This document shows, one piece after another, positions 35,743-49,451 of a DNA stretch of 64,000 nucleotides; positions within the stretch are counted from its first letter, which is position 1; every line of letters starts with the position of its first letter. The notes below the pieces were generated by a model, which saw only the letters and a program-made list of their open reading frames with translations, was not told the DNA's origin and searched no databases. Source of the stretch: Selaginella moellendorffii (Eukaryota > Plantae > Lycopodiophyta). The position numbers and the translations under genes are program-made. The stretch is from positions 325,915 to 389,914 of the forward strand of contig NW_003314372.1 in the NCBI RefSeq assembly GCF_000143415.4, written 5' to 3'.

Positions 35743-37847
35743 AGAGGCGGATCGTAGGGAGATGGCAAAGGCAGGGCAAAAACAAACCAAGGCGGAGACA
35801 GAACCTCCTCCAGAGCTGGAGCCTCCGGTCAAACAAGAGGTTATAGATGAGGAATCCTTGCATGAGGAGGACTGCAATGAAGAAACTTCCAAACAAAAGT
35901 CCGGTGGTGAGGTTCGGTTGTCCAAGGCTCGATTGGACGTTCTAGAAGGACAATTGGCATAGACCAATGCCCTGCTGGAGACTCTCGTACAGAAGCTAAA
36001 GCGTGACGAGAAGCGGATTAAAAAGCGAAAGATTGCAGATACTGGTAGTGCAGAAGGTGTGGACCCTTCGGTAGGGACTAAGGCAGAACCAAACAAGGTC
36101 GAACAGACTAAAGTGGAATTAGTCCTTTAGGCAGTTCCCAAGTACAAACCAAAGCCCCCACCAGTCTTCAAGGGAGTGAACGACTATAAGGTGGTGGAGG
36201 ATTGGTTTTATGATATGGAAGACTACTTCCGAGCGTTGTGGTTACCGAGCTTGGAGAAGGTCCCATGTGCAAAACCATACTTGGCAGATAATGCCAAGTC
36301 TTGGTGGAGAACGACGAAGGCCAACGAAGGACCGGTGGCCACTTGGGAATAATGAAGGCGAGGATCCGCACGACATACATTCCTCCGAATGCTACTCTGC
36401 ACCTGAGGGATGAGTTGAGTAGGCTAAAGCAGACCGGAACCATTCAAGAGTCTGTGAATGGATTTATAGCAAAGAGGATACTGGTCACAGATATGGGTGA
36501 TATGGATGTGTTCCATGCCTTCATATCAGGCTTGAAAACCTGGGCTCACGGTGAGGTGATGCGTTGTAACCTGACCAATTACAAAGAAGCGTTGGATGCG
36601 GCTAGGTGTATTTCAACGATAACCTGCAAAAGGAGAACACGACGGGGTCGGGGTCCACATTTAGCAAAGGGGCCAAACCAAGGGGAACATATAACAAAGG
36701 GAAATTCAAGAAAAGTTTCTCTAAGAATGAGTCCTCGGGGTTTCGGAAAGGTAGATTCGGTGGCCAGCCAACGAGTACATGGGGGAGTCAAGCCAAAAGA
36801 GACAAACCCATGGATAAAAAGGGCAAGTTGGTTAGTAGCTTAGGAAACAACATATGCTACAACTGCGGTGAAGTGGGACACTTCTCGAGGGAATGTCCTT
36901 ACCCGAAGAAGGCTAAAGCCAATATGGCCATTAAGTCGGGTGAAATCCAAATTGAGGTACGTGATCCAGTCCCTAACTCAAAGTTACTCAATACACGAGC
37001 AACTTTGGTAGAGAGTCGTTTGCGACATCTACTAGCCCTCCGAGAGAAACTCGGAGGTAGCTTTGTTAAGATCCTTATTGACACGGGTGCTTTGGATAAT
37101 TTTGTGGCTACAGACATAGTCCAGCAAGTTGGACTAATGGTGCAGTGGCTGGGTGAACCAAGGATTATAGAGTTTGTTCAAGGTAGCCAAAGCACCAATG
37201 AGGTACTTCGACAAGGGAGAGTCGAAGTAGGGACATGGAAAGTAGACATGGATTTCACCGTGTTGGACATGGCGAGATTTGATGTAATCTTTGGGATCGA
37301 TTGGTTCAATCAGTTCATAGTAGCCCTGTATGGACAAAGTAGAAACCTTATGGTACTAATGAATGCCCAAGGAAGAAGATCTAGGGTGGAGGCCCAGGAT
37401 CTAAAGGTAGGGCAATGCAAGGCCAAAGATTCCTACCTAAACCTGGTGTCCATGAGAGGACAACTCACTAAAGGAAGGAAGGCAGCATTTTTGTGCTTAC
37501 TCTCGGTGAAAAGTGACAAAAAGATGGGAATGGAAGAAGTACCTTTAGTGATCTAGCAAGTGTTGGACCAATTCTAGGATACTATGCTAGAGGAGCTACC
37601 GGCGGGGTTGCCTCCTACATGACCAATAGAACATAAGATTGAGCTGGTCAAGGGTGTTGAGGCAATGGTTTGTCCTCTCTATCGTTTGAACAAAAAAGGA
37701 ACTTGAGGAGCTCAAGCACCAACTAAAGGAATTGGTGGACAAAGGGTATGTTAGGTTGAGCAAGTTGCCATATAGGGCACCAGTGTTATTTGTGAAAAAG
37801 AAAGATGGATCTATACACATGTGCATAGACTACCGGTTGCTCAAAAA

Positions 37848-38570
37848 CTATACAAAAAAAAACAAGTACCCTTTCACATATTCCTGGATGGTTCCAGTCT
37901 GCTTCAGCCTACTCAGTTCATCCCTCAGATGCAGAGTGGCATTCGGAGGAACGTATGTTGCGCGGATCCTCGCCTTCATCATGTCCCAAGTGACCACCGG
38001 TCCTTCGTTGGCCTCCGTTGTTCTCCACCAAGACTTGGCGTTATCTGCCAAGTATGGTTTTGCACATGGGACCTTCTCCGAGCTTGGTAATCGCAACGCT
38101 CGGAAGTAGTCCTCCATATCGTAAAACCAATCCTCCACCACCTTATAGTCGTTCACTCCCTTGAAGACCGGTGGGGGCTTCGGTTTGTACTTGGGAACTG
38201 CCTGGGGGACTGACTCCACTTCGGTCTGTTCGACCTTGTCTGGTCTTGCCTCAGTCCCTGCCGAAGGGTCCGCACCTTCTGCGCTGCCAGCATCCGCAGT
38301 CTTTCGCTTTTTCTTTCGCTTCTCGTCACGCTTTAGCTTGCGTACGAGAGTCTCTAGCAGGGCATTGGTCTGTGCCAATTGCCCTTCTAGAACGTCCAAT
38401 CGAGCCTTGGACGACCAAACCTCACCACCGGACTTCTGTTTGGAAGTTGCCTCACTGGAATCCTCCTCATGCAACGATTCCTCATCCATAGCCTCCTGTT
38501 CGACCGGGGGCTCCAGCTCTGGAGGAGGTTCCGTCTCCGCCTGGGTTCGCTTACGTCCTACCCTTGCCAT
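37848..38570 (-). CDS. gag: Truncated Gag of C2 (open for ~233 aa, then reads into antisense C1)
   Basis: PKPPPVFKG...[12 protein letters not shown]...[10 protein letters not shown]...[13 protein letters not shown] gag pattern. Confidence 0.8.
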   Translation of the reverse strand: MARVGRKRTQAETEPPPELEPPVEQEAMDEESLHEEDSSEATSKQKSGGEVWSSKARLDVLEGQLAQTNALLETLVRKLKRDEKRKKKRKTADAGSAEGADPSAGTEARPDKVEQTEVESVPQAVPKYKPKPPPVFKGVNDYKVVEDWFYDMEDYFRALRLPSSEKVPCAKPYLADNAKSWWRTTEANEGPVVTWDMMKARIRATYVPPNATLHLRDELSRLKQTGTIQEYVKGYLFFFV

Positions 38571-39845
38571 CTCCCAGCAATCCGCCTCTATCCTTCGCTA
38601 GAACTGAGGAAGAGGCTCCGATACCAAATTGTAAGCCACAAATTTTTCTTTCCAATTTGCCAGCTTACCTCGTCTATCCGTCCAACACTGCCTTGGCTTT
38701 TGCTAAGTTCCCTCGCCAAGGTTCTCGCCTATGGTACCCGCTCCTACTTGGTTTCAGCTACTCACTGCACGAGCAACGGAGTGTTAGCCATCCTTCCACG
38801 GATTCCCAAATCACTCCCAATCCCCCTCCCCGGGTTAGACTGGACTTAAGGTTTGGCTACACTCCCCGCAGGCACAAGTAGCCAAGCACACCAAGCCTCC
38901 AGATTCCTAACACCCCTTGGTACCACAAGACTTGATCATGGGACCCTCTAAATCCCAAGTCTTGGGTGCAGCACTTGCTTCGGGACGTCGGGGCGAAACA
39001 CCGTGGCCTAACGACCCGGTATGGGTACCTCTACCCCCCCTCTTCCATCCCGAAGGGAAGGCCCAAGCCCTCGGAAGGGCGAGGACCAATGAGCCACAAG
39101 GTACTCAAGTGGGGCACCACTCCACCTGAGCCGGGAGCACCGCAGNNNNNNNNNNNNNNNNNNNNNNNNNNNNNNNNNNNNNNNNNNNNNNNNNNNNNNN
39201 NNNNNNNNNNNNNNNNNNNNNNNNNNNNNNNNNNNNNNNNNNNNNCTTGAGCACTTCCTTGGATGGCCCCTCCGGCACCAGCCAAGTCCATGCTCACTCC
39301 CACCCAAGGCCCCTCGGTCCCAGTCTCAACCTCAAGTTGGTTTGGAAGCCCAACTGGAGAGTCCCTTCAAAACTGGTTCCTGGACCTCACTATCCCTACT
39401 ATACTTTTGGAACCCCCTGCAGCCCCCCCCCCTGGGAGACGCACGCTTTGGGCTTTCACCCCTTGACCCGTATTAGTATTTGGACTTAGTCTCTGGCTCG
39501 ATCTCAGACCCGATTTCGGATCCGACTTCGGATTCGGGTTCGGACTCGATCACGGACTCGATCTCGAACCCGATCTTGGACCTGACCTCGGACTCGACCT
39601 CGGACTCGGTCTCGGACCCGATTTCGGATCTCGGACTCCGTCTCGAACTCGGTCTCGAACTCGGACTCGAACTCGGTCCCCGAGTCGGTCTCGGACTCGA
39701 TTCCGGACTCTATCTCGAACTCGGTCCTAGAGTCGGTCTTGGACTCGATCCTCGACTTGGTCCCATCCGATGAACTCTTTGTCATTTCGGTCAAGCTTTT
39801 GGGGATCCTTTAGCCTACGACATCTCGGGGAGTCGGTTCCTTACA
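37870..39845 (-). mobile_element. Family C copy C2: 5' LTR (38630-39845), PBS, 5' part of gag; fused tail-to-tail to C1
   Basis: LTR termini, ATTTGGTATCGGAGCC PBS on the minus strand, open gag frame from 38570. Confidence 0.93.
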
Positions 39846-41051
39846 CTATTGTATTGTTATCCTAGGTGGAAGTCTTTGGTTTTATCAAAGACTAAGTTGA
39901 AGGTTTTTTCTTGAATCTTGAGAAATAGATTCTTAAGTGCCTTTAAGAGTTTTTTTATATCCTACATTCAAAAATAAGAAATGTCATGGTTGCAATTTTT
40001 TCAATTTTTACATCTTCTATTTTTAATTATATTGTGTTATTATCCTTAGTGGTCTTGTATTTCTTGAGTTTGTTATCGTGAAGCTTTAATAATTTCTCAA
40101 ACTTCTCTTGGGATTATTTCGATGATGATTATGCTTTGGTTTTATAGTCTAGTCACGGGAATTTCGGTGATACGTCGAATTAGCATTGTTGCATTAACAT
40201 TGATATATTGAATTTTTTTGTGAACTAGAGAGTTGATATCTTCTTCATTGATCTGAGTGATTATGATTGGAAATTTAGTGCTTCAAAATGAATTTTGAGG
40301 TTGAGCATTTCAAATTTGTGTATAAGCTTGAATTTGAATTTGTTCTCGTGCTTGTAGATATGATGGTTATTCTAGAATTTATATTCTTGTTTACTGTGCT
40401 TGAGCTCTCAAGTATGGTGGAACTCTCATATGTGATGGAAAATAAAGTTAGGGTTATTTTCTTGTAGCAAGTCTTCTAGCCTCAAGATTTCTTATTGGTG
40501 TAGATTGATAGTATATTAGATAGGTTTTTAATGTGCAATGTTGTGCTTCGATGTGTATAGTTGTGAACTTGAGTGAGTGTTATTGTTGGAAGTGTATCGT
40601 TGATTAGTCTTTGTAGTAATCAAAGTAGAATCATTACATTTTCTTGAGTATCAAGATTTCTTTGTCCAGCAATAAGTTGATAGATATGAGAATCGACAAT
40701 CCTGATCTCAATTGCAGCTAACACTAGAGAAAGCTTGTTATTGAAAACTATTGTGATTGGTATAAAAACTTTTATTTATATGTTTTTAAGAAATTAATGA
40801 AAATGTGGAAGAAAATATGGTCTCAATAAATCCAAGTCAAGCTTTAAACTCTTGCAAAATAGTTATAACAAATATGTTTTTTTGCACATGTTCGTATTCT
40901 TGTTAGTTTTTCTTTTTGTTACTTTCTTTGTTAGCCTCTTCTTTATTTTTAATCTTTATAGTAATCTTCTTTGCCATGCAATAATCACATTGTTGCTTTT
41001 GAGAGCACTTGGTGTAGGGTTTGGGGTAGCTTTGAAAGCCGTAGAGGATAT

Positions 41052-44000
41052 TGTTAGGTGCCAGCTTTGACTACGTGGTCAACATCGGTCAAAGGGAGGC
41101 TCAAGGGTATTAAGGCATGTTAGGGTAAGGGAATTAACCTACCCTAGGGCTCATAGTGGAGTGGCGGCGCAGTGGAGCTTTTGAGGTAGCTCAGGGGTGG
41201 TTGGGTGGTGAGGAACCTCAAGAGGTGGTGTAGCATAGTCTAGGGCGACTACATCTCTGTCTTTTTGTGCCGGATCATAACATTGGTATTAGAGAAGTTG
41301 GTTGCGATGGCCGACCAAGCTGAACACTGGAATCCTATTGTCGATAGTGGTGCTGACGATGGTGTCGATGAAGCTACAGAGATTTGGACCATTCAAGATG
41401 TGGTTCATGAGCTGCGAGCCCTTAATAAAAATCAGCAAGAGATGCAAGATAAGATGCATGGCATGATGGATACCATGCATGGGCATGTTGAGGCACTCGA
41501 GGCTGGATGGGGTAGCACTCCAAGTAAGCCTTCTTTGGTAGATCGACTCAAGATTCCAACTTTTTCCGGTGATGGTGGTGTGGACGAGTGTCTTGCTTGG
41601 CTAGCCAATGTGAAGAAGTTCTTGGCTCCTAGAGGAACTCCAGATGCAAAGGCTTTAGTGGCTATTCTGATGGTTTTACGTGATGCAGGTCTTCGATGGT
41701 GGAATTGGCTTGAGGAGTCCCGTGTTGCGGATTAGAAACCACCAGTGTCTACCATGGATGAATTTGAGGCTGCTTTCCATTTACGTTTTGCCCCTCATTA
41801 CAATGTGGAGAATGCTCGTACAGAACTTCGACATTTCCAGCAAGGGAAAATGACGCTTGGGGACTATATTGAGAAGCTTACTCGCTTGATTAGTCGTGTT
41901 CCAACGAAGGATTTAGATCAGAACAAGTCCTACTTCATTGATGGCCTATATAGTGAGAGCATGCGGCAACACTTGCATCATTCTCAACCTACAAAGAGTT
42001 TGGAGGAGCTCATTGATGCGGCTCGTCGACTTGACAATGATAAGCACAAGTCTCACAAGCGTTCCCAGAGTCCTTCTATCGAGAATTGTCATGATGATCG
42101 CCGTGGACACAAGGATGGAAATAAGCATCACAAGTTGAAGTCGGTGGTGACTACTTCAGATGCAAAGGGGTCCAAGAAGCAGAAGTTCTTTGTGAAGAAT
42201 TATAGACAGGGTTGTCATCATTGTGGGGAACTTAGACACTACAAGGCTGATTGTCCGCAATTGAAGAACAAGTAGCAGGACAAGAAGAATGGCCAATCTT
42301 CTTCTCACGGTAAGTCAGATACTAAAAAGTTGCAAACTTTGCAGTGTGAGGATGAGGAGAATGACCATTCCGGTTGGAGGAAGCGACTTTCGATCATTGC
42401 TCATCAGCTCAACTGTGTGTGGAACAAGATGGAGCTCAAGGATACACGTGAATCAGCTTTAATGCTGGAGGGTGTGTTTCGTGGCGATCCAGTGCAGATT
42501 TTACTGGATAGTGGGAGTGATGACAACTTTGTTTTGGCAAAGTTTGTTGCAGAGCATGGCCTGGTCACACACAGCATTCTTCCATACACAGTGGAAGGTG
42601 CAGCTACCTCTACTCAGCATTTCGATGCTTGTGTCGAGGGGCTGAAAGTGTTGGTTGGCAAAACTACACTTGTGCAGACTTTTTATCTCGCAGATATCCA
42701 TCGTGTGGATCTCTTCTCGGGATGTCATGGTTGGTGAAAGTGGATCAAGAGATAAAGTGGAGTATTAAGCATATCTCGTTGGAGTATGGTGGCGTTAAAG
42801 ATGTGTGGTTTGGCAAGGGCGTTCAACCACCAATTGTTATGCTCTCTGCTACATCTTTGAAGCGGGCTTGTTGTAATGGAAAAGCACTTTCGAGTTACTT
42901 GCTGTTTGTTCGTGACTTGGGGGACCAAGGCACGTGTGGGGGAGAAGCAGCAGTACAGGATGTACTTGACGAGTTTTCTGATGTTTTTCCATTTGAACTT
43001 CCTCATAGATTGCCTCCGTTACAAGGTGTGGAGCATAGGATTATAGAGCCGGGGATACAACCAATTTATTGGCGTCCATTTCGGTTAAGTTATGCGGAGG
43101 AGCAAGAAGTTCAACGACAATCAAGGAGTTACTTGAGTTTGGATTTATTCAGCCAAGTAAGTCTCCATTTGGTGCTCCGGTCTTGCTTGTGAAGAAGAAG
43201 GACGGTTCAATGCGAATGTGTATTGACTACCACGCTTTGAATAAGAAGACAGTGAAAGATAAGATGCGATGCCATGTGTGGATGATATCCTGGACAAGCT
43301 TGGTGAAGCACGAGTGTTTACCAAGATTGATTTGAGTGGATATCATCAGATTGCAATGGATGATGCATCTATTTCCAAGATGGCATTCAACAAAAGCTTC
43401 AGACATTTTGAGTTTACAGTTATGCCGTTTGGTTTGACGAATGCACCGGCCACATTTACTCAGTTGATGACGAAGGTATTTGGGCATTATTTTCATGAGT
43501 TTATGGAGATTTTCTTGGACGATATTCTTGTTTTTAGCAAGAATATAGAGGAGCATAGGGTGCATTTGCGCAAGGTTCTTTTGTTACTTCGAGACAGTAA
43601 AGTTTATGCAAAGAAGGCAAATGTGAATTTGCAAAGTCAGAGGTGGAATATCTAGGCCATATTGTGACATCTATGGGTGTCAAGACGGATCCAAGGAAGG
43701 TGGCTGTGGTGGAAAACTAGCCTACACCAACTATAGTGGCCGAGTTGTGTAGTTTTCTTGGTATTGCTAGTTACTACTGACGTTTCCAGCATAAGTTTGC
43801 AGAGGTGGCTATTCCTTTGATGCGGTTGTTATGCAAAAATGTGCCATTCGAGTGGAAGAAGCCACAAGAGGAGAGTTTTGTGGCGCTGAAACAATTGTTG
43901 AGCGAGACTCCAGTGCTTCTCATTGCTGATCCATTGAAACCTTACGAGGTGACATGCGATGGGAGTGGTTATGCACTGGGAGGAGTTCTCATGCAAGAGG

Positions 44001-45943
44001 GACAGCCTATTGCATATGAGAGTCGAACTTTGAATTCCGCGGAGCAACGCTATTCCACATATGAGCAAGAGTTACTCTCTATTGTTCATGCTTTGCGGAC
44101 GTGGCGGCACTATCTTTATGGTGAAGTGTTCGTGGTGTTGATAGATAACAAACCACTTGTGTATCTTTTCACACAGGAGTTGAACACTAGGCAAGCTCAC
44201 TGGATGGTCAAACTCATGAAATTTGGGGAGTTTCCTATTGAGCATTGTCCGGGAAAATCAAATGTGGTGGCAGATGCGTTATCTCGTATTCGTCATGTGA
44301 CGACATTACAAACACGATTTTGTCATTATTTGAGTAAAGTGGTCAGCGAGTTTGGGCAGTTGGTTGAGCATGCTCAAGCTCAGGATGCTAAGGTGGCCTC
44401 TTTGCGAGACTAGATGGAAGCCCCTTTCTCATTGGTGGATGGGATTCTCTACTACAATGGCCGTGTATATTTGCTACGGGTGGATGCGTTAATTACTCAA
44501 GTTTTATTCCACTATCATGATCGTCTAGAGGCCGGTCATTTTGGGGGGCAGAAGACGTACGAGTTGATTAAGCGCAACTTTTATTGGAGGAATATGAAGG
44601 CTGATATCCTCAAGTATTGTAAATCATGTGAGCTTTTTCAGCGGGTTAAGGTGCCACGGGAGAAGCCGGGGGGACTTTTGCAACCTTTATCTATTCCTCA
44701 AAGCCATTAGTGTAGTATCTCTATGGACTTCATCACTTGTTTGCCATGAACACAGAGGCAGAAGGAGCAAGTATGGGTCATAGTGGATCGGTTGACGAAG
44801 TATGTGCGGTTGTTGGCTCTTCAGAAGACTGTCACTGCCTCAGACTTGGCTGTGTTTACTTGGAGAAGGTTTTTCCTGATTTTGGTTTGCCGGAGGAGAT
44901 CATTAGTGATCAAGATTCAAAGTTCACCAGTGGATTTTGGAAAAGCTTTGCAAAGGCTATGCAAGTGACTTTGAAACTCTCGAGTGGAGATCATCCTTAG
45001 ACAGATGGGCAAACCGAGCGTGTGAATCAGGTGGTGGAGGATATGCTACGTTGTAGCATTGGTCAAAGGCAAGGACAGTGGGATTTATATCTTCCATTGG
45101 TGCAATTTGCTTACAACAATAGCCAACACAGTGGAACCAAGCTAAGTCTTTATTTTGCCATGTTTGGAAGGCATCCTCAAATAGCGGTGGAGTTGGGATT
45201 GCATTTGAGTAAGGACGTTCAAGATAAGCTTGATTTTGAGGCAACTGATCTGGCCGTAGAACTTGATGAGATCTGGTGGTGTGCAAATGGAATTTGCAAG
45301 CAGCTCAGGATAGAGTAGAGAAGTTTGCCAATGAGCATCGCCAATTCCGGGAATATAAGGTGGGTGATCTCGTCTTTGTGCACGTGCTCTTTCCGTCAAG
45401 TGAGCGGTGAAACACCTTGGTGCCTTTACGGATAGGGAAGAGTGATAAACTTTCCTATCGATATGCTGGTCCATATGAAGTGCTGAAGCGCATTGGTAAA
45501 ACGGATTATAGGGTGCGGCTGCCAGCTGGGGTGAAAGTTCATTCGGTATTTTATGTCAGCTAGTTGAAAGGTGTACTATCTCGGAGTGACGGGCCCAATG
45601 CCTCCTTGATGTATACGGCTGTGGAAGATGGACCAGGAGCTTGAGCAGAGTTCCCCAGAAAGGGTGATCACTGGTACAACTCGTCCTTGGGACAAAGACT
45701 TTGTTGGGGGGGAAGAATTGTTAGGCGCCAGCTTTGACTATGTGGTCAACATCGGTCAAAGGGAGGCTCAAGGGTATATTAAGGCATGTTAGGGTAAGGG
45801 AATTAACCTACCCTAGGGCTCACAGTGGAGCGGCGGCACAATGGAGCTTTTGAGGTACTTCGGGGGTGGTTAGGAACCTCAAGAGGTGGCGTAGCATAGT
45901 CTAGGGCGACTAGATTTTTGTCTTTTTGCGCCAGATCATAACA
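41052..45943 (+). mobile_element. Full-length family A Ty3/Gypsy element (A4), degenerate
   Basis: LTRs 41052-41282 and 45719-45943, perfect TSD GATAT, PBS TTGGTATTAGAG, PPT GGGGGGGAAGAA, domain order gag-PR-RT-RH-INT. The LTRs differ by about 15 substitutions and 2 indels. Confidence 0.97.
41307..45644 (+). pseudogene. gag-pol: gag-pol of A4, broken by stops and frameshifts
   Basis: CHHCGELRHYKADC, ILLDSG, FLDD, VTCDGS/EQELL, HH-CC, ISDQDSKF and GPY motifs in successive ORF fragments. Confidence 0.95.
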
Positions 45944-46430
45944 GATATAGTCTTCATATCTTGTATATCTTTGAAGTTTGAAAGAACAATTTTGTTGCTT
46001 CATCAATCTTTTACAGTCTTTAAAGTCTTTTTTCAGTGTGAGGAAAATTTTTCTTGAGTGTGTTGAGTCTTGAGTGTCAAGAATTTTTCTTGAGTATCAA
46101 GAAATTTCCCAACTGTCGAAACCTTGAGTGTTCTTGAAGGACAGTTGTAACCACTTTGATTTTTATAGAGATATGTGTATTGATCTTCTGCCATTTCCTA
46201 TTGAATTGGGTAGTCTTTGTATTTTGAGAAATCATATGGAGAGCTTTGCCATCTTCTTCCTATTGTCTTGTCTTTGGAGTAGTCTTGGTGTTTTTTTTTA
46301 TCATTTTCTTGTTGGGATTTTACTTCTTTTTGTGATGTATCCTATCCCACCATGGTCGCTAGTGAAAACTAGGTAGAATTGTTTCTACTAGACGATTATA
46401 TATGAATGTAAGAGAGAATTTGTTGAAGAT

Positions 46431-47600
46431 GTTTATGAAAAAGAAAGATGGATATATATGCATGTATATAGACTACTGGTTGCTGAACAAGTATACAAAG
46501 AAGAACAAGTATCCTTTACCAAGGATTGAGGACATATTTGATAGGTTGGGAAAGGCAAAATATTTCTTGAGGATTCACCTAAGGTTTAGATACTACTAAA
46601 TCAAGTTAGCAAAGAAAGATGTCGAGAAGACAACTTGTTAGACAAGGTATGGAAGTTTTGAATTTTTAGTGATGCCCTTTGGGCTATGCAATATATCAGC
46701 AATGTTTTCAATGCTGATGGACCATTTTTTTGTACCCTATCTAGATCATTTTGTCATTGTATATATTGATGACATCCTGATTTACAACAAGATGCTAGAA
46801 GAGCATGCCAAACACTTGACGAAGGTGTTTGAAAAACTAAAGGAACACAAGTTGTATGCTAAAAAGAGCAAATGTGACTTTTCTTAATAAAAGGTAAAGT
46901 TTCTCAAGCATATGGTGGGCAAAGATAGGCTCAAGATAGATCCTAAGAAGGTTCAAGTGATTTTTGGAGCTATGTAACTACTACCAAAAGTTTATCAAAC
47001 ACTATTTAAAAGTAACCCTACCTTTAATGGACCAAATGGAAAAAGGGAAAATGGTATATACAGCGGAATGCAAAGTGGCATTTATCCACCTCAAAGGGAA
47101 TTTGAGGAAAACTCTCATGTTAGCATTACCAGACTTTGCTAAAGACTTTGAGGTAGAAATAGAAACTTCAAACTTTGTATTGGGTGTAGTTTTGAAGCAA
47201 AAAAACTATCCAATGGTGTTCTTCTTGAAGAAATTAGACAAAGCTTAGTGAAAGTGGCCTACTCACAAGAAGAAATTATTTGTGTTGGTCAAGGTGCTCA
47301 AGAAGTGGCAATACTACATTGGAAGACACTTCAAAGTTTACACGAATAATGTGGCAATGAAACACTTTTTATCACAACCTGACCTGCGAGGAAAATAGGG
47401 TCAGTGGGCCAATGCTTTGGCCGTGTTTGATTGCAAGATTCTGTATAAACCTAGAAAGAGCAACATTATGGCAGATGCTCTAAGTCAAAAAGTAAGCTTG
47501 AAGTTGGCAATATCTAATATGACAATAACCTTTTGGGATGATGTGCAAATAGTGTATGAGAATGATAGTCTAACATAAGAAGTGTTGCTAAGGAACCAAG
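46431..47600 (+). pseudogene. Old RT-RNaseH fragment related to family C
   Basis: KKKDG...KKNKYPLPRIEDIFDRLGKAKYF, VYIDD, LALPDFAKDFEVE. Its start overlaps the end of the C1 RT sequence. Confidence 0.88.
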
Positions 47601-47869
47601 AGGCATGGGAAGTGCTGTTGCAATCTTCATTAGTTGAGCTTGGCACATTTTGTCATGTAGTCAGTTGCTATGAAGATATGTTTGTTTCACTTAAAGCTTA
47701 TTATGAGTGGTCCAATAAAGTCAAGCTCCCATCATTGAAATGGTTCCAATGATATTATTGAATGAAGCTCTTGAGTTTGTTTCTTCAGTGCGTACTTGGT
47801 TTGTTGACAAATGTCACATTCTTGACAAAGTTTTACTGAGTCATGCCAAAGTGTTGGCTACCAAAGTCT

Positions 47870-48540
47870 TGCTTGCAAAATTTTTTGAGTTGTGAATTCT
47901 TCTGCAAAGTGACCTCCTGCTTGTCCATAGTGGCTTCTTTTAGTAGATCTTGAGTTTCTTTAGGTTATACACATCTTCGTTATATATTGTCTTGCCCTTT
48001 CTTGTACAGTCTTCCTCCCACAACTAAATATGTTATTGTCCTCAAAACAAATTGCTTATAGTGATTAGAGGTGGAGAATCGACTTGGCATTCTTGCTGTT
48101 GTGAGGTAGTAGTAAATATCATCCATGTTGATGATGTGTGGATGTGAAGTATATTGGAGTCAGAATTGTCATCCATGTTGTATTTCGGTTGTTTGCAGGT
48201 TGTAATGTGGCTGAGATGGTCAACTTGTTCATGTTGTTTGCCATGCTTATGAATAATCTCGAAGTGGTATTCTTGAAGTAATAAGAACCATCGAGCAATT
48301 CTACTGGTGATGGTTTTGTTAAGGAGGTGTAAAAGTGCTTTATAGTTGACCATGATCTTGACTTTGGTGCCGAGTAGGTAGTGTCAAAATTTTTGTAGTG
48401 CATAGACCATTCCTAAGGCTTCTTTTTTGGTGGTGGTGTAGTTCATCTCAACTAAGTTGAGTCTTCACCTAGCATAGTAGATTGGTCAATCTTTGAGGTT
48501 TTGTTATTGTTGAGAAAGTATTGCTCTAATGGCATAATAG
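47870..48540 (-). pseudogene. Old non-chromovirus RNaseH / integrase N-terminal fragment
   Basis: NYTTTKKEALGMVYA, RIARWFLLLQEYHFEIIHK, GRLYKKGQDN..RRCV. Confidence 0.85.
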
Positions 48541-49451
48541 GAGGCTTGGGATTTAGAGGGTCCCATAATCAAGCCTTATTGTACCAAGGGATGTTAGGAA
48601 TCTAAAGGCTTGGTGTGCTTTGCTACTTGTGCCTGTGGGGATTGTAACCGAACCTTAAGTCTAGTCTAACTCAAGGAGAGGGATTGGGAGAAATTGGGAA
48701 TTTGTGAATGGATGGCTAACACTTTGTTGCTCGTGCAGTGAGTAGCTGAAACTAAGTAGGACCAAGTAAGAGCTGGTACAATAGGTGGGAACCTTGGCGA
48801 GATAACTTAGCTAAAGCCATGGCAGTGTTGGTTGGATAAATGAGGTAAGCTAGCAAATTGGAAAGGAAAAATTTGTGGCTTACAATTTGGTATTAGAGCT
48901 TTTTCCTTTGTTCTAGCAAAGGATAAAGGCAGATTGCTGGGAGATGGCAAAGGTAGGGCATAAACAAACCAAGGCAGAGATGGAACCTCCTCTAGAGTTG
49001 GAGCCTCCGATCAAACAAGAGGTTATGGATGAAGAATCTTTGCATGAAGAGGACTCCAGTGACTCCGGACTAATGGTGCAGTGGCTGGGTGAACCAAGGA
49101 CTATAAAGTTTGTTCAAGGTAGCCAAAGCACTAATGAGGTACTTCAACAAGCAAGAGTCAAAGTTGGGACATGGAAAGTAGACATAGATTTGACCATGTT
49201 GGACATAGCGGGATTTGATGTAATCTTCAGGATGGATTGGTTCAATTAGTTCTTAGTAGCCCTACATAGATAATGTAGGAACCTTGTGGTACTAGCGAAT
49301 ACGTAGGGAGAACAATCTAGGATGGAGACCCAAAATCTAAAGGTAGGGCAATGTAAGGCTAAAGACTCCTACTTGAACTTAATATCCATAAGAGGACAAT
49401 TTACTAAAGGCACCAAAGCAGCATTTTTGTACTTACTCTCGGTGAGGAGTG
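48541..49451 (+). mobile_element. Family C fragment C3 (3' part of LTR, PBS, gag start deleted through to protease)
   Basis: Matches 33375-34870 without the E insert. ORF 48944-49249 fuses the gag N-terminus to the protease C-terminal half. Confidence 0.88.

Larger units (their letters stand above)
32647..37873 (+). mobile_element. Family C copy C1: 5' LTR (32647-34870, interrupted by E), PBS, gag-protease, start of RT; 3'-truncated
   Basis: TGTAAGGAACC start, ATTTAGTATCAGAGCC PBS, gag from 35762, CYNCGEVGHFSREC zinc knuckle and ILIDTGA protease in ORF 36606-37556, RT up to KKNKYP. Chromovirus-type; Galadriel/Tcn1-like by my recollection of the motifs. Confidence 0.92.
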
